From Monocercomonoides exilis PA203 (lineage: Eukaryota > Protista > Preaxostyla), in the NCBI GenBank assembly GCA_001643675.2, contig LSRY02000049.1, positions 124,001 to 188,000 of the forward strand: 64,000 nt of DNA, given 5' to 3'. The position numbers and the translations under genes were made by a program. Positions 11,868 to 26,000 of the stretch are shown here, piece by piece. The notes under the pieces are model-generated. The model was not told the origin of the DNA, did not search any database, and saw nothing but the letters and a program-made list of their open reading frames with translations. How positions within the stretch are numbered: position 1 is the first letter of the stretch; the number at the start of each line of letters is the position of its first letter.

Positions 11868-11973
11868 AAACTGTGTGAATTTTCATTATTTTATATTAAA
11901 TATTTGTTAAGATATTTGAATTAAAAAGTTTTGTCCAGATAAAAAAATATCTGGACAAAAAAAAAACACATTA
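11868..11973 (+). mobile_element. Solo terminal remnant related to the right end of the pogo element at 11-2050
   Basis: TTTTGTCCAGATAAAAAAATATCTGGACAAAAAAAAAACAC aligns with TTTTGTCCGGATAAAAAAATGTCCGGATAAAAAAACCACCC. Confidence 0.6.
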
Positions 11974-12637
11974 TTATTTACGAAACAAGTCTTTATTTTT
12001 TTTTCAACTCTATATTTTGCAAAATACACATTGTTGTAGTGAAATATCTTTCGATACAAAGATTATTTATGAACTTTTACGCTAATAAGATAATAATACT
12101 GTGTCAAATTAAACCAGCCCAGTTCTCAGTGAATATGCAGAAGAATGTCATGAAATTATTAATTTTTTACTTTTTACCGTGAATAACAAAAATAATAAGT
12201 AATCTAATCTGTTTATTTCACTTATAAATTTAATATTAAAATTCATCGAAAAAATTTATTTGTAATAAAAAAGAATTAATTACAAAAGGTTGGAAATAAT
12301 GAGTTAATAACATAAATGAGTATAAAATTCATACAAAATATAATTTGCTAAATTTTTAAAAAAAGAAAACAAATAACAACGAAATTTACGTGTTGAAAAC
12401 TCGCAACTTTCAAAAGTTAATCGTTGCAATCAATCAAGTTCGAAAATACACAAAACATATTCACCTTCACTATACCAAAACTTCAAAAAAATGAATGACT
12501 TTGAAGTTATTATTGTTTGTCAAATTTCAAATAAATTGCTACCTCCTTGCTTCAGAATTTCGTTGAATTGAAAAATGTAAAATGCTCTTTAACTCTTCAT
12601 AATTGTAAAAAACACAATTTTTTAAAAAGTCTGAATA

Positions 12638-13746
12638 TCAAGAATTTGCTTTAACTGTGTTTATTGCTTCTTTTTCCAATTGTTTACGAATAAGCATTCG
12701 CTTTTTCACTTGCTCAAGTTGAGGAACAAGAGCTGATAAAACATTCAACATACAAAAAAAAGGTTAGCTTATAAAAAAAATATTTTCTGAAAGCACAAAC
12801 CTCGAGTCCTTTTTAGATAAGATGCTTCAATTAGACGTTGGGCAATTGTGCAAGCCCCATCACTTTCTTGAACACTCATAAATGAAATAGCTCTATATAA
12901 TGGAAGAAGGGCAACAAATAATGGACGACCTTCTTTTACTGGAGGAAGAATGTGCTTTGAAAGAATAGAATTGGGTAAAAAATCTGTTTGTTGACAAGCA
13001 CATTTCTGAGAACTCAAGGAAAATACGAAGGATATAATTGCAGATTTCAATTGCGAAGAAACAGAACAAGATCTGAGAAAGATGTAAAGCATTTGATTAA
13101 ATTTGCAATCTCTCAACAAGAAGTTCTGCATTGTTGGGTATGACATTGTTATGTTACTGAATATTGAAAATTTTTTAAATCAAAATTTATTACAAGAATT
13201 TATTAGCGTTCATACAAGAAAGAAAATAAAGCACGGGCAAAAGCAATTTCATTTCCAACCTGTAAAAATATGAAAATATGAATCGAAAATAAAATTATAT
13301 TCATACATGGTACATTGAAAATAAGCACTGGAGCGAATTTATTACCATTATTTTCCTTTCATATTCGTCCATTTGAAAGCAAATGTCAATCCACATTTTC
13401 TCTGCATCAGGCTAATATAAAATAAAAACGATTATAAAATTTGAAAATTTAAAAAAATACCAATTCCAGTATGTCAAAAGAAATATATTGAGGTGCCTCA
13501 AAAAATATGCAGGATGACTTTTCATAAAATGGATCATAAAAGAAATTTGTTGGTAAGTGTTGTTCTTTTAACAAAAAAACAATTTTCCAGATATGTGATT
13601 TTATAAACAAAAAATGACAAACTGCGTTCTTTTTTTGGTAATCTAGAAGTTATTTTTTTACCATCTAATTTCTGAAAGCAACGTAAAACATAATAAAAAT
13701 AATATTTTCAAAACATTCATATTATGCAAAATCATACAACATTCAT
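12638..13746 (-). CDS. Hypothetical multi-exon protein (boundaries uncertain)
   Basis: Chain of short exons joined in frame by 50-70 nt GT-AG introns, including ORF 12769-13146; no recognisable motif. Confidence 0.4.
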
Positions 13747-14043
13747 TTTTGGAAAGTCAATCTTTTTAGGTTCTGCTCACAACTATTCAATTAAAAGGCT
13801 TGCAAAATACTTCCGAATAAATCCGAAAACAAAAATCTGTTGATCTTTTCGCCATAATATCCAAATTATTTCAGAAATGAGTTTCAAGAAACATTTGTTA
13901 ATTCTTTTGTACATGCTTCCGTTCCTTGTAAACGTATGAAACAATTAAAAAAAAAAAGGATTTTTTAAAAAAATTTTAAATTTAAAATTTCTTTGAAAAA
14001 CGATTAATTGAAATTTCATTCTGAATATTTCAAGTGAAATGTG

Positions 14044-15886
14044 TTAGTGAGATGAAAATCCATCGTCGATCATTTGAATAACAACAAACTCTTCAACATA
14101 CACAGGGCCACTGCCTCTCTCATCTGTAATTTGATTTGATTCTTTTCCTTTTTTCTGAGATTTTCCCCTTCCTCTTCCACGGCCTCTTCCAGTTTCCTTT
14201 GTTTCTTTCTTTTGCTTTTTATCAAACTGAGATTTCTGGAAAGCAAGTAGACTTGCAGCATCAGCAATCCAACCATCATCAGGCTTTGTGCCATCTTCGT
14301 CTCTCATTGCATCGTCAAATCCATCATCAGCTTTTCCAGTGCCTTTGCCACCTTTTTCCTTCGCCGAAACGTCTTTCGCAGAGTCTGAACAATTTTCTCT
14401 TTTCTCGAGCTCCTGCGAAGGAATGCAACTGTTTGGACACGTGTAACACACAATCGTACCAAAGTTAGGTGCATCATTTTCAAACATTGTTTCCACATCA
14501 AGTCGATCCAAAATCTGAGGCATAATCTGAAATTCAAACATACGCTCTGCCCCGCAATACGGACAGGGAGGAATAACTCTGCCTTCAGCTGCAGAACGAA
14601 TGTGATGTCGTCGAGAGGAAGACGACGACGAAGAAGAAGATGCACAATCTTCATCATCGTCATCATCTTCGTCATCATCGTCATCGTCATCATCTGAATC
14701 CAGCAATTCGCTTGAAGCTGCTCCCTTTTCAGCTGAGGCTCCTTCTGTTTCTTCTTTCTTGGTGCTAAGACTTTTGTCTTGTTCTTCATCATTTTCTGAC
14801 ATGTAACTTTCGCCTGTAATTTCTTCTCCCAATCCTTTTTCACTTCTCTTTGAGCATCCTGTGGACTTTTTCTCACCTTTTTTCGACTTTGACTTTTCAA
14901 TTGCATCTTTCATCTCATTAACTTTTGCGATATCTTTACTTTCTCTTTCTTCTCTTTGACGATCTGTTCCATCACCTCCAATAACACCCTTTTCTGCACT
15001 TACCCATAAAACATGACCGTTGTTCACGTTGTAGCGAATGCATTGATCTGATTCCAAGCTAATACGTTTCTGAAATCTTCTGAGAATAATATCATTTGGT
15101 TTTGATTTTGTATCTTCATCATCTTTTTCTGTTGAAGCAGGTATTTCACTTTTTGGTGCTGAAGAAGAAGATGCTAAATCTTGATCAGTGGAAGAATCTT
15201 CCTCTTCTTCTTTAATTCCAAGCATCCCAGCTTCTCCTCCAACTTCTTCTTGTTCTTTGAGATATTTTTTATACAATTCGTTTTCATGCTCTCCTGAATC
15301 TGCTGTTGTTGTTAACAATGACAGATCAGGCTCCGGCTCTGTTACAATTTCAAATTCTAAAAATTCACTCACTTGCTTTCGACTTTTAGTTGACTGCTTT
15401 AATGGAAAGGACTTTATCGACTCACCTTGATCTTTTTCTTGTGTTCGAAAAAGTCGTACACTATATAATAAAGATAAAAACCGAGAATTAAAACCTAATG
15501 CTCTCAAACTTTCCTTTTTCAATGCAACCACCATGTGTACAACAATAGAGATATAATATTCTCTCTTTTGCGTGATCATATTGGGAAAATGGAGCATACA
15601 TCTGAAAAAAGTCAAAAATTATTTATTTTCAAAAAAATATAAACTTAAAATTACCTGAAGAAGAAAAGTTAGCGGAGACTTACAATTTTGACAAATTAAC
15701 GATTTGGAATCAATCCCTTTTGAATCCATAAAAATCTATTTTTAAAAAATTTATTAATATCATAAATAAAAAATAGTTACAAACTGGCTGACCTCCAACT
15801 TTACTTGTTCGAAAATCCATTTGCATGCCTCTAGGGATCTCTTCTAAAAAACCAAGTTCAATTTCTTCTTCTTCAGATAAAGCCAT
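14044..15886 (-). CDS. PDCD2L: PDCD2-like / Tsr4 (uS5 chaperone) protein without MYND finger, 4 exons
   Basis: Spliced N-terminus ELGF..SKVGGQP..CQNCKSPLTFLLQMYAP..ERILYLYCC..VRLFRTQ; C-terminal QCIRY, IPPCPYCGAERMFEFQIMPQ, FGTIVCYTC, YVEEFVVIQ. Confidence 0.85.
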
Positions 15887-15969
15887 TAGACAAAACGATC
15901 TTTACCATGACTAAAATATTCTTTTAAAAATATTTATTGTTATGGGTGCAAGCAAGAAAAAAAAATTCG

Positions 15970-17475
15970 ATGGAATATGTAAAATATGAAATTGACGATT
16001 TTATAGAAAAATTATTATTCATATTAAATAAATATTTGTACGTTTATACGTTTTGCTATCAACAACAATTTTCTTTGGAGCTTGTTGATAAAAAGGAAAA
16101 ACGACTTTTGTGCGTTGGCAATTATCAAAAATTAAATGATATGATTGGGTTTGCTTTCTATCTTTAACGTTGATTATATTTTCCGAGGGAATTTAGAGAT
16201 GAACAATTAACCAAAGAAGATTTTGTTTCTTTGAAATTGCTTATTCACAACGCTGTGAATTCATCATTTATTAAAAATTTATCACCTGATGCTCATCTTG
16301 TATGCCATTTATTTTTTTTGTTTGATTGATATTTGTGACATTTTTGTTAGTGCGCAACAACATCTCAAGATATCACAAATAACATTTTACAGTCATCAGA
16401 AATTCTTAATACAGAGAAATATTTTGGTGTAAAATTTGTTAAAAAAACGCCATCAGGAGGAATAAAGTTTCATCTGCTTCTTGCAAAGCGATGTTTGATG
16501 AGTTTAATTTTTTCGGAAAAATTTTATTCTAATAATTTATTTTAGCATTTCCTGATTTTCCTGTTTCATCAAATACTTTACCGTCATTACAAGCAGTTAG
16601 ACTGGACAATTCTTCAACCGAGAAACTTTTTTACAAGAGCAACCCTCCCCAAATAATACGTTTGAAGCAAAAGATAGAGAAAGAAATATTAGAGGAACAA
16701 AAGGATGATGAGTTAAGTCATGAAGAAAAAATAAAAGAAGCTTATGAAGCAAGAAACAAAAGAGAAGAAGAAAGATTGAAAAAAAAGCATTTTAAAGAAG
16801 ACAATGTTGGACAATTACAAAAAACACAAGACAAAATGAAAAGTGAATATTTTAGGCTTTTATCGGAAGAGCGAGAAAGGCACAAAGATGAAAAGTGGCA
16901 TAACGGTATGAGATTTGTTTGTCTGCAATAAGTTTAATGAACGCAAAATTATCTTTTATTTAATACAAACAATGTCATCATTTATTGCCATTCTGCTCTT
17001 TTGAAGCGTCGATGTTTGAAGCAACTGATGAACAGAGAATCAAGCAGACGCTGATTACATTTGGCAAAGCTATTGAAGACTCAGTTTGAAACTTTGGTTT
17101 TTTTTTTTTAATAAAATAATTGACATCTTATTTGTTTGCAAACATGGTAAACAATGATCTATCGTCATTTTCCCAGGGTGATGCAGCAATGATAACATTA
17201 TCTGCTGATGAAATTAAAGAGGATTTGGTCGATGTGAATTTTTGCCAGACAGGGGTGTGCTTTTTGACTACAATAAATAAATTGCATAATTAATTTCATT
17301 TTCTATTCTTTTTTTGGTTGTCATTATTAAATTGCATATAAACAATTCTTCTCATTCGTATTTTGCTTGTTCAAAAAATAAAATAAAATAAAAAAAAAAA
17401 AATAAAAAGGAGGAACTTGGTGCTCAACTTGCTCAATACATTGACGAATATGAAAAGCTGTTGGAGTCAGCTTGA
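15970..17475 (+). CDS. Hypothetical multi-exon coiled-coil protein
   Basis: Successive exons with GT-AG introns; charged coiled-coil exon at 16662-16906; last exon EELGAQLAQYIDEYEKLLESA*. Confidence 0.5.
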
Positions 17476-17835
17476 TTTTCTTCCGGCAGCTCAATTTTTA
17501 TTTTTTCAAATTTGCGATGCTTGGGTCTTTACCGATTTTGAGGGGATTTCAATTCTTATTTTTATTCGCCTTGGCAGGAATCTTCCAAGATCATATTTCA
17601 TAGCTTATAGTTTTTCTTTCGGCTTGTGATTTGTTTTTATAAACTTCGAATAAAGAATTTGAGGAAAAAGAATGATATTTTCAACGCAAAGATTTTTTTT
17701 CCTCAAAGAAGCAAAAAGAAGATAAATGGATAATTAAAAAGCAAAACAATCGATTTACAGAAAAAAACTTTTTCATGAATCTTTATACATGTCAATACAG
17801 ATTCCTTATCTTTTCATGTAAACCTCATCATCATT

Positions 17836-19933
17836 TCACAATTGCCTAGTCAGATATTGTATGGCAGCATCAATGCTCCCATCAGACACTGCATACGCCT
17901 CTTCAGCTTGCTCCCGAGTGAAGCCCAGTTCCAACAGCGCGTTGAGCACTTGCTCTGCTGAAAGAGACTCCAAAGAAGAAGGCTGTGCTGCTCCTGCTGG
18001 CTGTGTGGATGACACTGAAGCAGAAGGAGTTGATGAAGATGGAGAAGTGTGTGGTGATGGTGTAGTGCGGTTAGCTGAAGAAGAAGAAGAAGAGGAGGAA
18101 GAGGAAGAGGAAGAAGAAGATGATGATGATGAAGGAACAGATGAAGAAGACATTGGCTCATCATCTTCCATTGAAGATGATTCTGGAAAAACCTAATATA
18201 AATCAATAAATATATACACATTTACATTGTTCAAAAAAAGAAAAGCAATTCTTATATAAAATCTTAAAAGAAGAAATGATGCAATACTCCGTCTTTAACT
18301 TCTGCCTCTGAAAGAAAAGAAACAGTCTCACTTCCAACTGACATGCTGTTTGTCCCAAGGTCAATGATACACTTTGGAAATAAATGAACAATTAAGAAAA
18401 ATATTCATTACATTCATTAGAAATTAGAAAGAGAAAAAATTTATTCAAAATTCAGAAGAAAAAAATAAAGAATTTTTAGAAACAAACTCGATGTCTCTTG
18501 AGATTATCCAAGCCAAGTATCAAATCCATATCCTGCCCTTCAAGAACAGTGAATGATGTCATAAAATAAGAATTCCCAATCTGTTGAGAATCACATTGCA
18601 CAATAAAACACGATATTTATTCAGACAACAGTTTTTAAATTAAAATTTAAATTTAATTAAAATTAAAAATTTTTATTAAAATTCTCAAATATTTTATTTG
18701 GCATATTTTTCACAAGCCTTTATGTCGATTGCGTGTACTCTTCCAATAATCTTTCCAGTTCCAACACCTCGTGCGACTCCAGAAAAGCGAGTATCAAGTA
18801 AATGTGTCAAACTTGAATTAAAAAAGTAAGTGAAGCCAAGTTGAACGTTCAATCACAATTATTCAAATAAGAAACAAAAGATTATTTCAAATTAAACATT
18901 AATCAAAATATTTCTTCAGAAAACAAGAAAAAAAAACATCATTGAATCACACTTGCATCGCTCACAGCATTTATCGCTCATAATTGTCGATTGGGCGCCT
19001 GTGTCCACCAGCGCAACTAAGGAATGTTTGTTGACTGTCACTGGGATGTACAACATTTGAACAACGCCAAACACCTCAGGCGTTTCATCCATTGCTTTCT
19101 GATAGTTCTCGTCAATTTGCTGATTTTTAATAACTTTCTCAATCTCTGCCTGAGCTTCTGCCCCGTAAGGATCTTTTTTAATGCGTATCTATTTGTGAAA
19201 ATAGTGTAAAAAACGTAGACCAGAAAATTCATTTGGATAATGGAAAAAAATAAATGAGTTAAACATAAATATACAAACATATTTGTTTTTTAAAATTGTG
19301 TATTCTTTCATATCTCTTCGATAGCTCTCAAGTAACAATCTTTCTATTTGAGGAATGTCGTTTGTTTCAATTGCTTTTGCCAGTTCAGGATTTCGTAAAT
19401 TTATTCTTTCTCGAAGCAAGGCATCAGAACGATACGAAGCAATCATAATATCAGCTTCTAACAATTTGGGAGGTGGTGGAAGTTGTATTTGTATATCGTT
19501 TGGATCGATTGGTATTGCAGAAGAATCTTCCGCTGTCACAGAATTTTGAGAAAGTGGCATATAATTCCTATAAATGTTGAAAAATCAATGTTTAAAGGAA
19601 AAATACACAGACTTTGGACGAGCAATCAACTTTAATGGCCTTTCTTCCGATAAAACTAAAAAAAAAAGTTATTGCAAATTATCCAACAAAAAAGTGCAAA
19701 ACACAAATGAATATGGTAAATTTTATGTTTAAAAATCAATTCATACAGGCTAATTTCATGTTATCAAATAACAATCGTTTATTAAATATAACATCTACAT
19801 TGTCCACATCAAGCTCAGTATTACTGGCAAGAAGAGCTTTAAATTCCAAAACTGTAGCGTCTTCATCAATAGTAATAGGAAGCTCAATATTTATATGCGG
19901 AAGCGTCACAATAACTTCAATTTGTTGTGCCAT
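17836..19933 (-). CDS. DDI1: DNA damage-inducible protein 1 (UBL - retroviral-like aspartyl protease - UBA)
   Basis: N-terminal ubiquitin-like domain; [22 protein letters not shown]; [21 protein letters not shown]; [12 protein letters not shown]; C-terminal UBA ([21 protein letters not shown]); multiple introns. Confidence 0.93.
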
Positions 19934-20040
19934 CCTTTGTACAAGCTATTTTCTCTTGACAATATTTATGTTTCCGCTTGTTATTAGAAATAAAATTTTA
20001 TGCTGGGCATCGATCTCCGAATTGGTCTTTGTGCCTTTTC

Positions 20041-23000
20041 ATGGGAAACTCCACATCCACAGATCAACAAAGTGAAGAACAAGAATCGCCGATAAATATA
20101 CTAGCTAATAGACTTCATTCACCTTGGCTTGGCGTTATACGAGTAAGAATAAAGGAGCTTAATGTTCCCAGAATTTGTGGGCGTCATTTTTCCGCAACAA
20201 TAAGGTATATTGACTTTTTAATAAAACAGTTTGTCTATAAAATTCATTTTACAGATTCGGAACACAATTATTTACAATTCAAGCAATACCAACCGAAATT
20301 GTGAAACAGACATTCAAACAACAAACTCGCCTCCCTAAGGTATTTTCACAAGTTGAAACCATTTCTAAAGGATCAAACATTTTTCCGAGCATGGCATTTA
20401 CTCCGCCCTCTCTTCTTTTTTGTGGTGGTGATTTCCCTCACACAAAAGCTACATCAGGTGTTGCATCTTTTACTGCTTCTGCAGCTTCAACAGAAGTGAT
20501 AGTTTCATCCCAAACTGCAAATAATCATATACAAGGATCTGATGAATGCTTTCTTTGGATTCGTTCTGTCTCTTTAAAACTCAGAATTGCAGTATCAATT
20601 TTTCAAAAACGACCAATGCCTCAGCAGGAATTACAAAAGCAACATCAACAAAAGCAAAAACAAGCATATCAGAATAACTCTAATAAAAATACTGATATTG
20701 TTCCAACTAATAAACCAAAAGGTGAAAAAAAAACGAAAAAAGATGGATATTTGGGAACTTGGTCCATCAGCATCGAGGAAGCTCTTCGGGAACACTTTAT
20801 TGCAAACAACGAAACATTGCACTTCGATGACATTTCTGGAGAAGAAGGCAAAAACGCCGCAGAAATATTCTATCAAACATTCACAGAAAAATCAGAAAAA
20901 ACCGTAAATATGATCAAATCGTTACCATCTTTTTCATTTACAACGCAAGGATTTCTTCACGAAAATCCTCTTATTCAAGATACGGATATCTTTTTACACA
21001 AATATCATCAGATTTTGGCTTCAGACGCGTTTATTCCTCCACGTGTGGTAGGAAATGGCGGGCTTTCTGCACAAAAGAGCAGCCAAGCACAAGCAATACC
21101 ATCACCCGAAACCGTAGCTTCCTCCTCCTCATCCTCCTCTCCAGAAGCGCTGATGCATGCACATCCAATAGCAGGACTGCCTTTAATCAATTCATCCTCA
21201 TCGTCTTCTTCTGCTTCCGCTTCTGGTAGTCAGACTCAAGTTTTCTCACCTCCCCTGCCAAGAGTTGTCAATCCTCCAAGCACAACATCATCTTCTACCT
21301 CATCTCAGCCACTTTCTCCATTCACTCTGCCATCATTCGAAGCTCTAAGCACATCAGTCGTAGCTCCGAAGTCTCCAACACACTCTTCTTCTTTATCAAC
21401 ATTACCTCTTTCCTCCTCCTCTTCCTCCTCTTCCATCTCTTCTTCTTCCATCTCTTCCTCTTCTCCCCAGCTGCCTTCACTTGCTCCATCAGCTTCCCAA
21501 TCTCTCATTCATCACAATTCCTCCAACAGCTCCGATGGAACAAGCATTCAAGGTACCAATGACTGTTCACTTTCATTGCCTTCTTCCTCAGTCCCGTTCT
21601 CACCGCCTCGCTCTCAGCTTAACTTGACTGAATTCATCTCACAAGCTGCAATACAGGACACCACAACGATGCTTACTCATTCAGAGACACAGTCTGCTTC
21701 AACTGCAAAGACAGCATCTGCAACGCTATCACCATCACATTCAACAGAAGCCTTACTTGTTTCATCTCCCTCAAAAACCCCTGTTCTTTCATCTTCATCT
21801 GGATCTGCTGCAAACGAGTCGATCTCTCAGCCATCAACCCTTCCATCCTCTTCCTCCCCTTCTTTATCTTCCTCGTCCTCTTCCTCTTCCACTCCTTCTC
21901 TTCCATTGTCCATCCAATCTCCCTTTGTCACACCCGCCTCGCTCGCTGCCCCATCCACAGAACGCTTCAAAGCGACGTTCATTCCGTCGATGAAGGAGGT
22001 GCTCCGCCTGCGGCATCGCGACTTCTTCTACTCTCTCCTCTGCGGCGAGGTGACACTCGAGTTCCACTTCCAGACAACCACCGCCTTCCTCACGGAGCTC
22101 TACGAAAGGCTCCTTCGGTACTTCGACCTCGACAAAGATGGGTGTCTGAACCCGTTTGAGTTCGCAGTGCTTCTGGCAGCAGTGTCTGCAGAGCCTGTGG
22201 AGACAGCAGCCGAGCGAGCTGCGAAGCGAGAATGGGACGAGCTGTGTGAAAAGCGGAGGAGGAAAGAAGAAGAAGAGATGAAGGCAGCACAACTGGAAAG
22301 AGACGGGTTCTTTGCTCAGTCTGAGTTCTTCTCAGACATCGAAAGAGAGTTTCGAAAGCTGCCGCTCTTCTTTATGGACATCTTCAAGAAGCTGAATCTG
22401 CACAACTCGCCAGACAGGCAGATGCAGCAGATGTCTTCAAATGAACCACCAAATGCAACAACATTTTCTCCAGTCAAAAGCGCAATGCCACTCTCTCCTC
22501 AAAGCGACAGTCCAACATCACAGAACTTTCCTCTTCCTTCCACCTCAACTGCAACGATCCCTTCATCCTTCTTCCCACCTCTCTTCCTTCAGGCGCACCC
22601 TGACCCCTCCACCCTCACGTGCCCCATTTCCTCTCTTTTGGCTGTGCTGCTCCACCAGCCCTGCCGCTCCATCCTCCGCACCACCCCCATCACAGGCGTC
22701 GACCTCTGCCACTCAGCCGCCTTTGCCGACGACTCCGCTGTCCTCTCCACAGTCATGCACGAGCTGATGAATGCGCCCCAGCTGCATCCAGACCCGCTGT
22801 TTGAGATCCAGGCGTTCATGGGCAACTGCATGAGCGCCTGGCACAACGGCGTAGATGACTGCCTCAACAACCCGACGAATGCGCTTCTGCCGTTTGGGGC
22901 AGGAAAGATCAAAGACGCTGTGATGCACGAGGAGCTGCAGATGCCCAGAGTGAAGGAGAAGGAGAGGACGCGTGTGAGGAAGCAAAGAAGACAGCTGATG

Positions 23001-26000
23001 AAGCAGCGGAGGAGGGAGATGCTGGAGATGATGCAGCGAGAGAGCGAGCAGCTGCAGAGCGAACAAGAAGCAGATGAGTCAACAACATTGGGGAAAGGGA
23101 AGAAGAAAGGGAAGAAAGGGAGCAGGAGATACACCACTGAAGTGGCGAATGCGCTGCGGCAGGAGGCAGCAAGGAAGTTCCTGCAGATGGTGAAGGACGA
23201 CCTCGAAGCAGACGGGACGTGGGACTGTGCGGCGGTGGATGTGGACACGATGGTAGCACTGGGCGATGAGCAGAGCACGAGTTCGAGTGAGGAGCAGTCA
23301 GAGGAGGATGAGTGGGTGGAACATATTGTACCGCTGACGTGGGTGAAGGAAAACAAAGTGGCCAGAAAGAAAGCAGAGAAGAGATGCAGACAGGGAGAGA
23401 ATCTGTTCTCCACAGCGTCGTCGAGCATATCCTATCCAAAGAGAAACATCAGCCACTCACCTGGAAACAGAGGCTCATCTTATCCATCCTCTCCTTCGAG
23501 GCTGTCGCTGTGCAATTCAGAACTGAATGAAGGGAAACAGATGAAGGAGGAAGACACAATTGCATCTGTGCAATCACCCAGCTTCATTCTTCCTTCTTCT
23601 TTTTCACCCAGACCAGGAAACATCAGCCCCATGTCACCAAGACCCCGCACCAATTCTCCATTCTCTTCGGCTTCTATTACAAGCACTGGAAAGCACACAC
23701 CATCCATCCCCATAGCATCCATGCTCCATGCCCCGCTGTCTATCGCCCTCACATTCTCTCTCTCACAGGCAGCTCAGCAGAACCTCATCGCAACTTTGAT
23801 TCGGCTGAGGCAGGAGAAAGAGCAGAGCGATCTTTTGGCAACGGCAGCAGATCTGCCTCAGCAGAAGACACCACTTGCCATTGCCCCAACAACACCCATT
23901 TTGAGCCCTGCTCCCCCACAATGCATTCAGAACAGCCAAAACACACAAAACACACAAAACATTCAAGGAACACAAAACAGCGCAGCTGCTGTTCACTTAG
24001 CATCTTCCTCTCAAACACAGGCTGTGTTCCAAGGGTCAGGCTTTGCTATTGCACGGCTGGATGACCCAGCAGTTGCAAAGGCATCTTCACCTGCCATTCC
24101 GCCAGCCACACCAACACAAACAACATCTGTTCAATCATCTGCATCATCATCATCATCATCTACAACTTCTTCTTCTTCATTATCCAATTCTCCTCAACAG
24201 AACTTGCCAACCACACCTGTACCTTTCTCCACTACAATTACTACCAGTGACGGCTCTGTAACACCTGATGCAGCACAACAGCGCTATTCAGTTAGTTCTT
24301 CACAGAGGAGCATCCAATCTCCTGCACCTTCGCCTTCATTGTCTGCTGCTCTGCCACAGCCAAAAAAAGCAGCAAAATTAGAAATGCAGCAAATTCAGCA
24401 CATTTCGCGTGCATCGCAGCTTTTCTTCCACCCTCTTTACTCACCTTCTCACGTCACCTCTTTCGCTTCTTTGTTTTCGACGTCTCCGCCAAACAGCTCC
24501 AAAACATATGCCATTTCGCCTGCTCTTCCACCCCCACACCCACAAAACAGCGATACAGCAACGATCAACCCTGCTCCACAGACGAAGACTGGCCCATTGA
24601 AGCGTCTGAAGAAGTTTCTTGGCTTTTCAAAGAATGCCCAGCAATCACAGCTTTCTCAGCCTTCTCAATTTTCTCAGACTTCTCAGCCATCACAGCTCCA
24701 AAAGCAGCACTTTGGCCGGAAAGAAGCAGAAGTGCCGTATTATTTGAGTGGCGAGTATGGTTATTCATCTGCCATGGAGAGTGGAGGAAATGCTGCAGCA
24801 TCACCCACACCGTCCCCTTTGTATCTGCACACACCAGACATCAGCCAATTCCCTCAGATATCATCTTCTGGCTCTGCTTCATCTGATTTCTCTTCTCTTT
24901 CCTCTGTTTATGCCTCTGTTTCTGCCTCTAATACATCTACACCCACACCCACACCTGCCCCTACCTGTCGCCATGACTCAATGTATTCTCCTTCTCTCTC
25001 TGTTGATGCTGAGCGCAGACAGTCAGTTTCTCCTTCTGCACAAATTCCTCATTCGCCTTCAGGTTTTAATCGACAATTGTCTTCTTCTTCAATTTCTGGC
25101 AATCAACCTGCAATGTTTCCTTCATCTCCTTCTTCAGCATCATCTGCCGCACAATTCACAAATGCAGGAAACGAATCCTCATTCCTTTCTCCTTCTCCTT
25201 CTTCTGCTTCTGCTTCTTCTTCTTCTTCTTCTTCTTCTTCTTCTTCTTCTTCTTCTTCTAATTCATCTGTTCTTACGTCCCCAAGTCAAAATTACTATCT
25301 CAACACAAACTATGGCTCTCTCTATTCTCTTTTAGATGCATTGGCTGAGCTGCCTCCCTCTGCATTCCATCAGCTCTTCTTTGCACCTGAGGCAAGTCAG
25401 CCAGACACTCACACACAAACAGAGAACTATTCAACAGCATCATCATCATCATCATCATCACCTTCTTCCTCTGCTTCTGCCTCTTCTTCTTCTTCTTCCT
25501 CTTCTTCTGCTTCAAATTCACTTCCATCTTCTGCTTCATCAACAGGCAGTTCTCTTTCTCCTGTGCCATCTCTCACCCAGCCGATGGAAGTGCAGTCATC
25601 ACATCTGTTTCCAGACGGATCTCAAACAACACCCCAATCATCTTGCTCATCTGCTCCTTATCAACTGCCTCCATCCAACTCTTCTTCTTCTATTTCTTCT
25701 TCTTCTTCCTCTTTATCATCTACTTCTTCTTCCTCTTCTCTTCCTCCATCAACATCTCCTCTTCCTTTGCCCCGTCCTCCTTCTACCGATCAGCGCTTCT
25801 CTCCTCGTCTCTCTCTGAATCCACCTACAGTCTCACCCACAACCACACCTCCTCCTCTTCCCCTTCCTCTTCCTTCTCCCTCTGCCTCTATCCCTGGCTC
25901 TCCTTCTCCTTCTCCTACTCCTTCAGACTCTTCTTTGTCTCCTTCTCTGCGCACCCACCGCCTCCAGAGCAAAACTAAACGACCAACTCTTTCTCGACTG

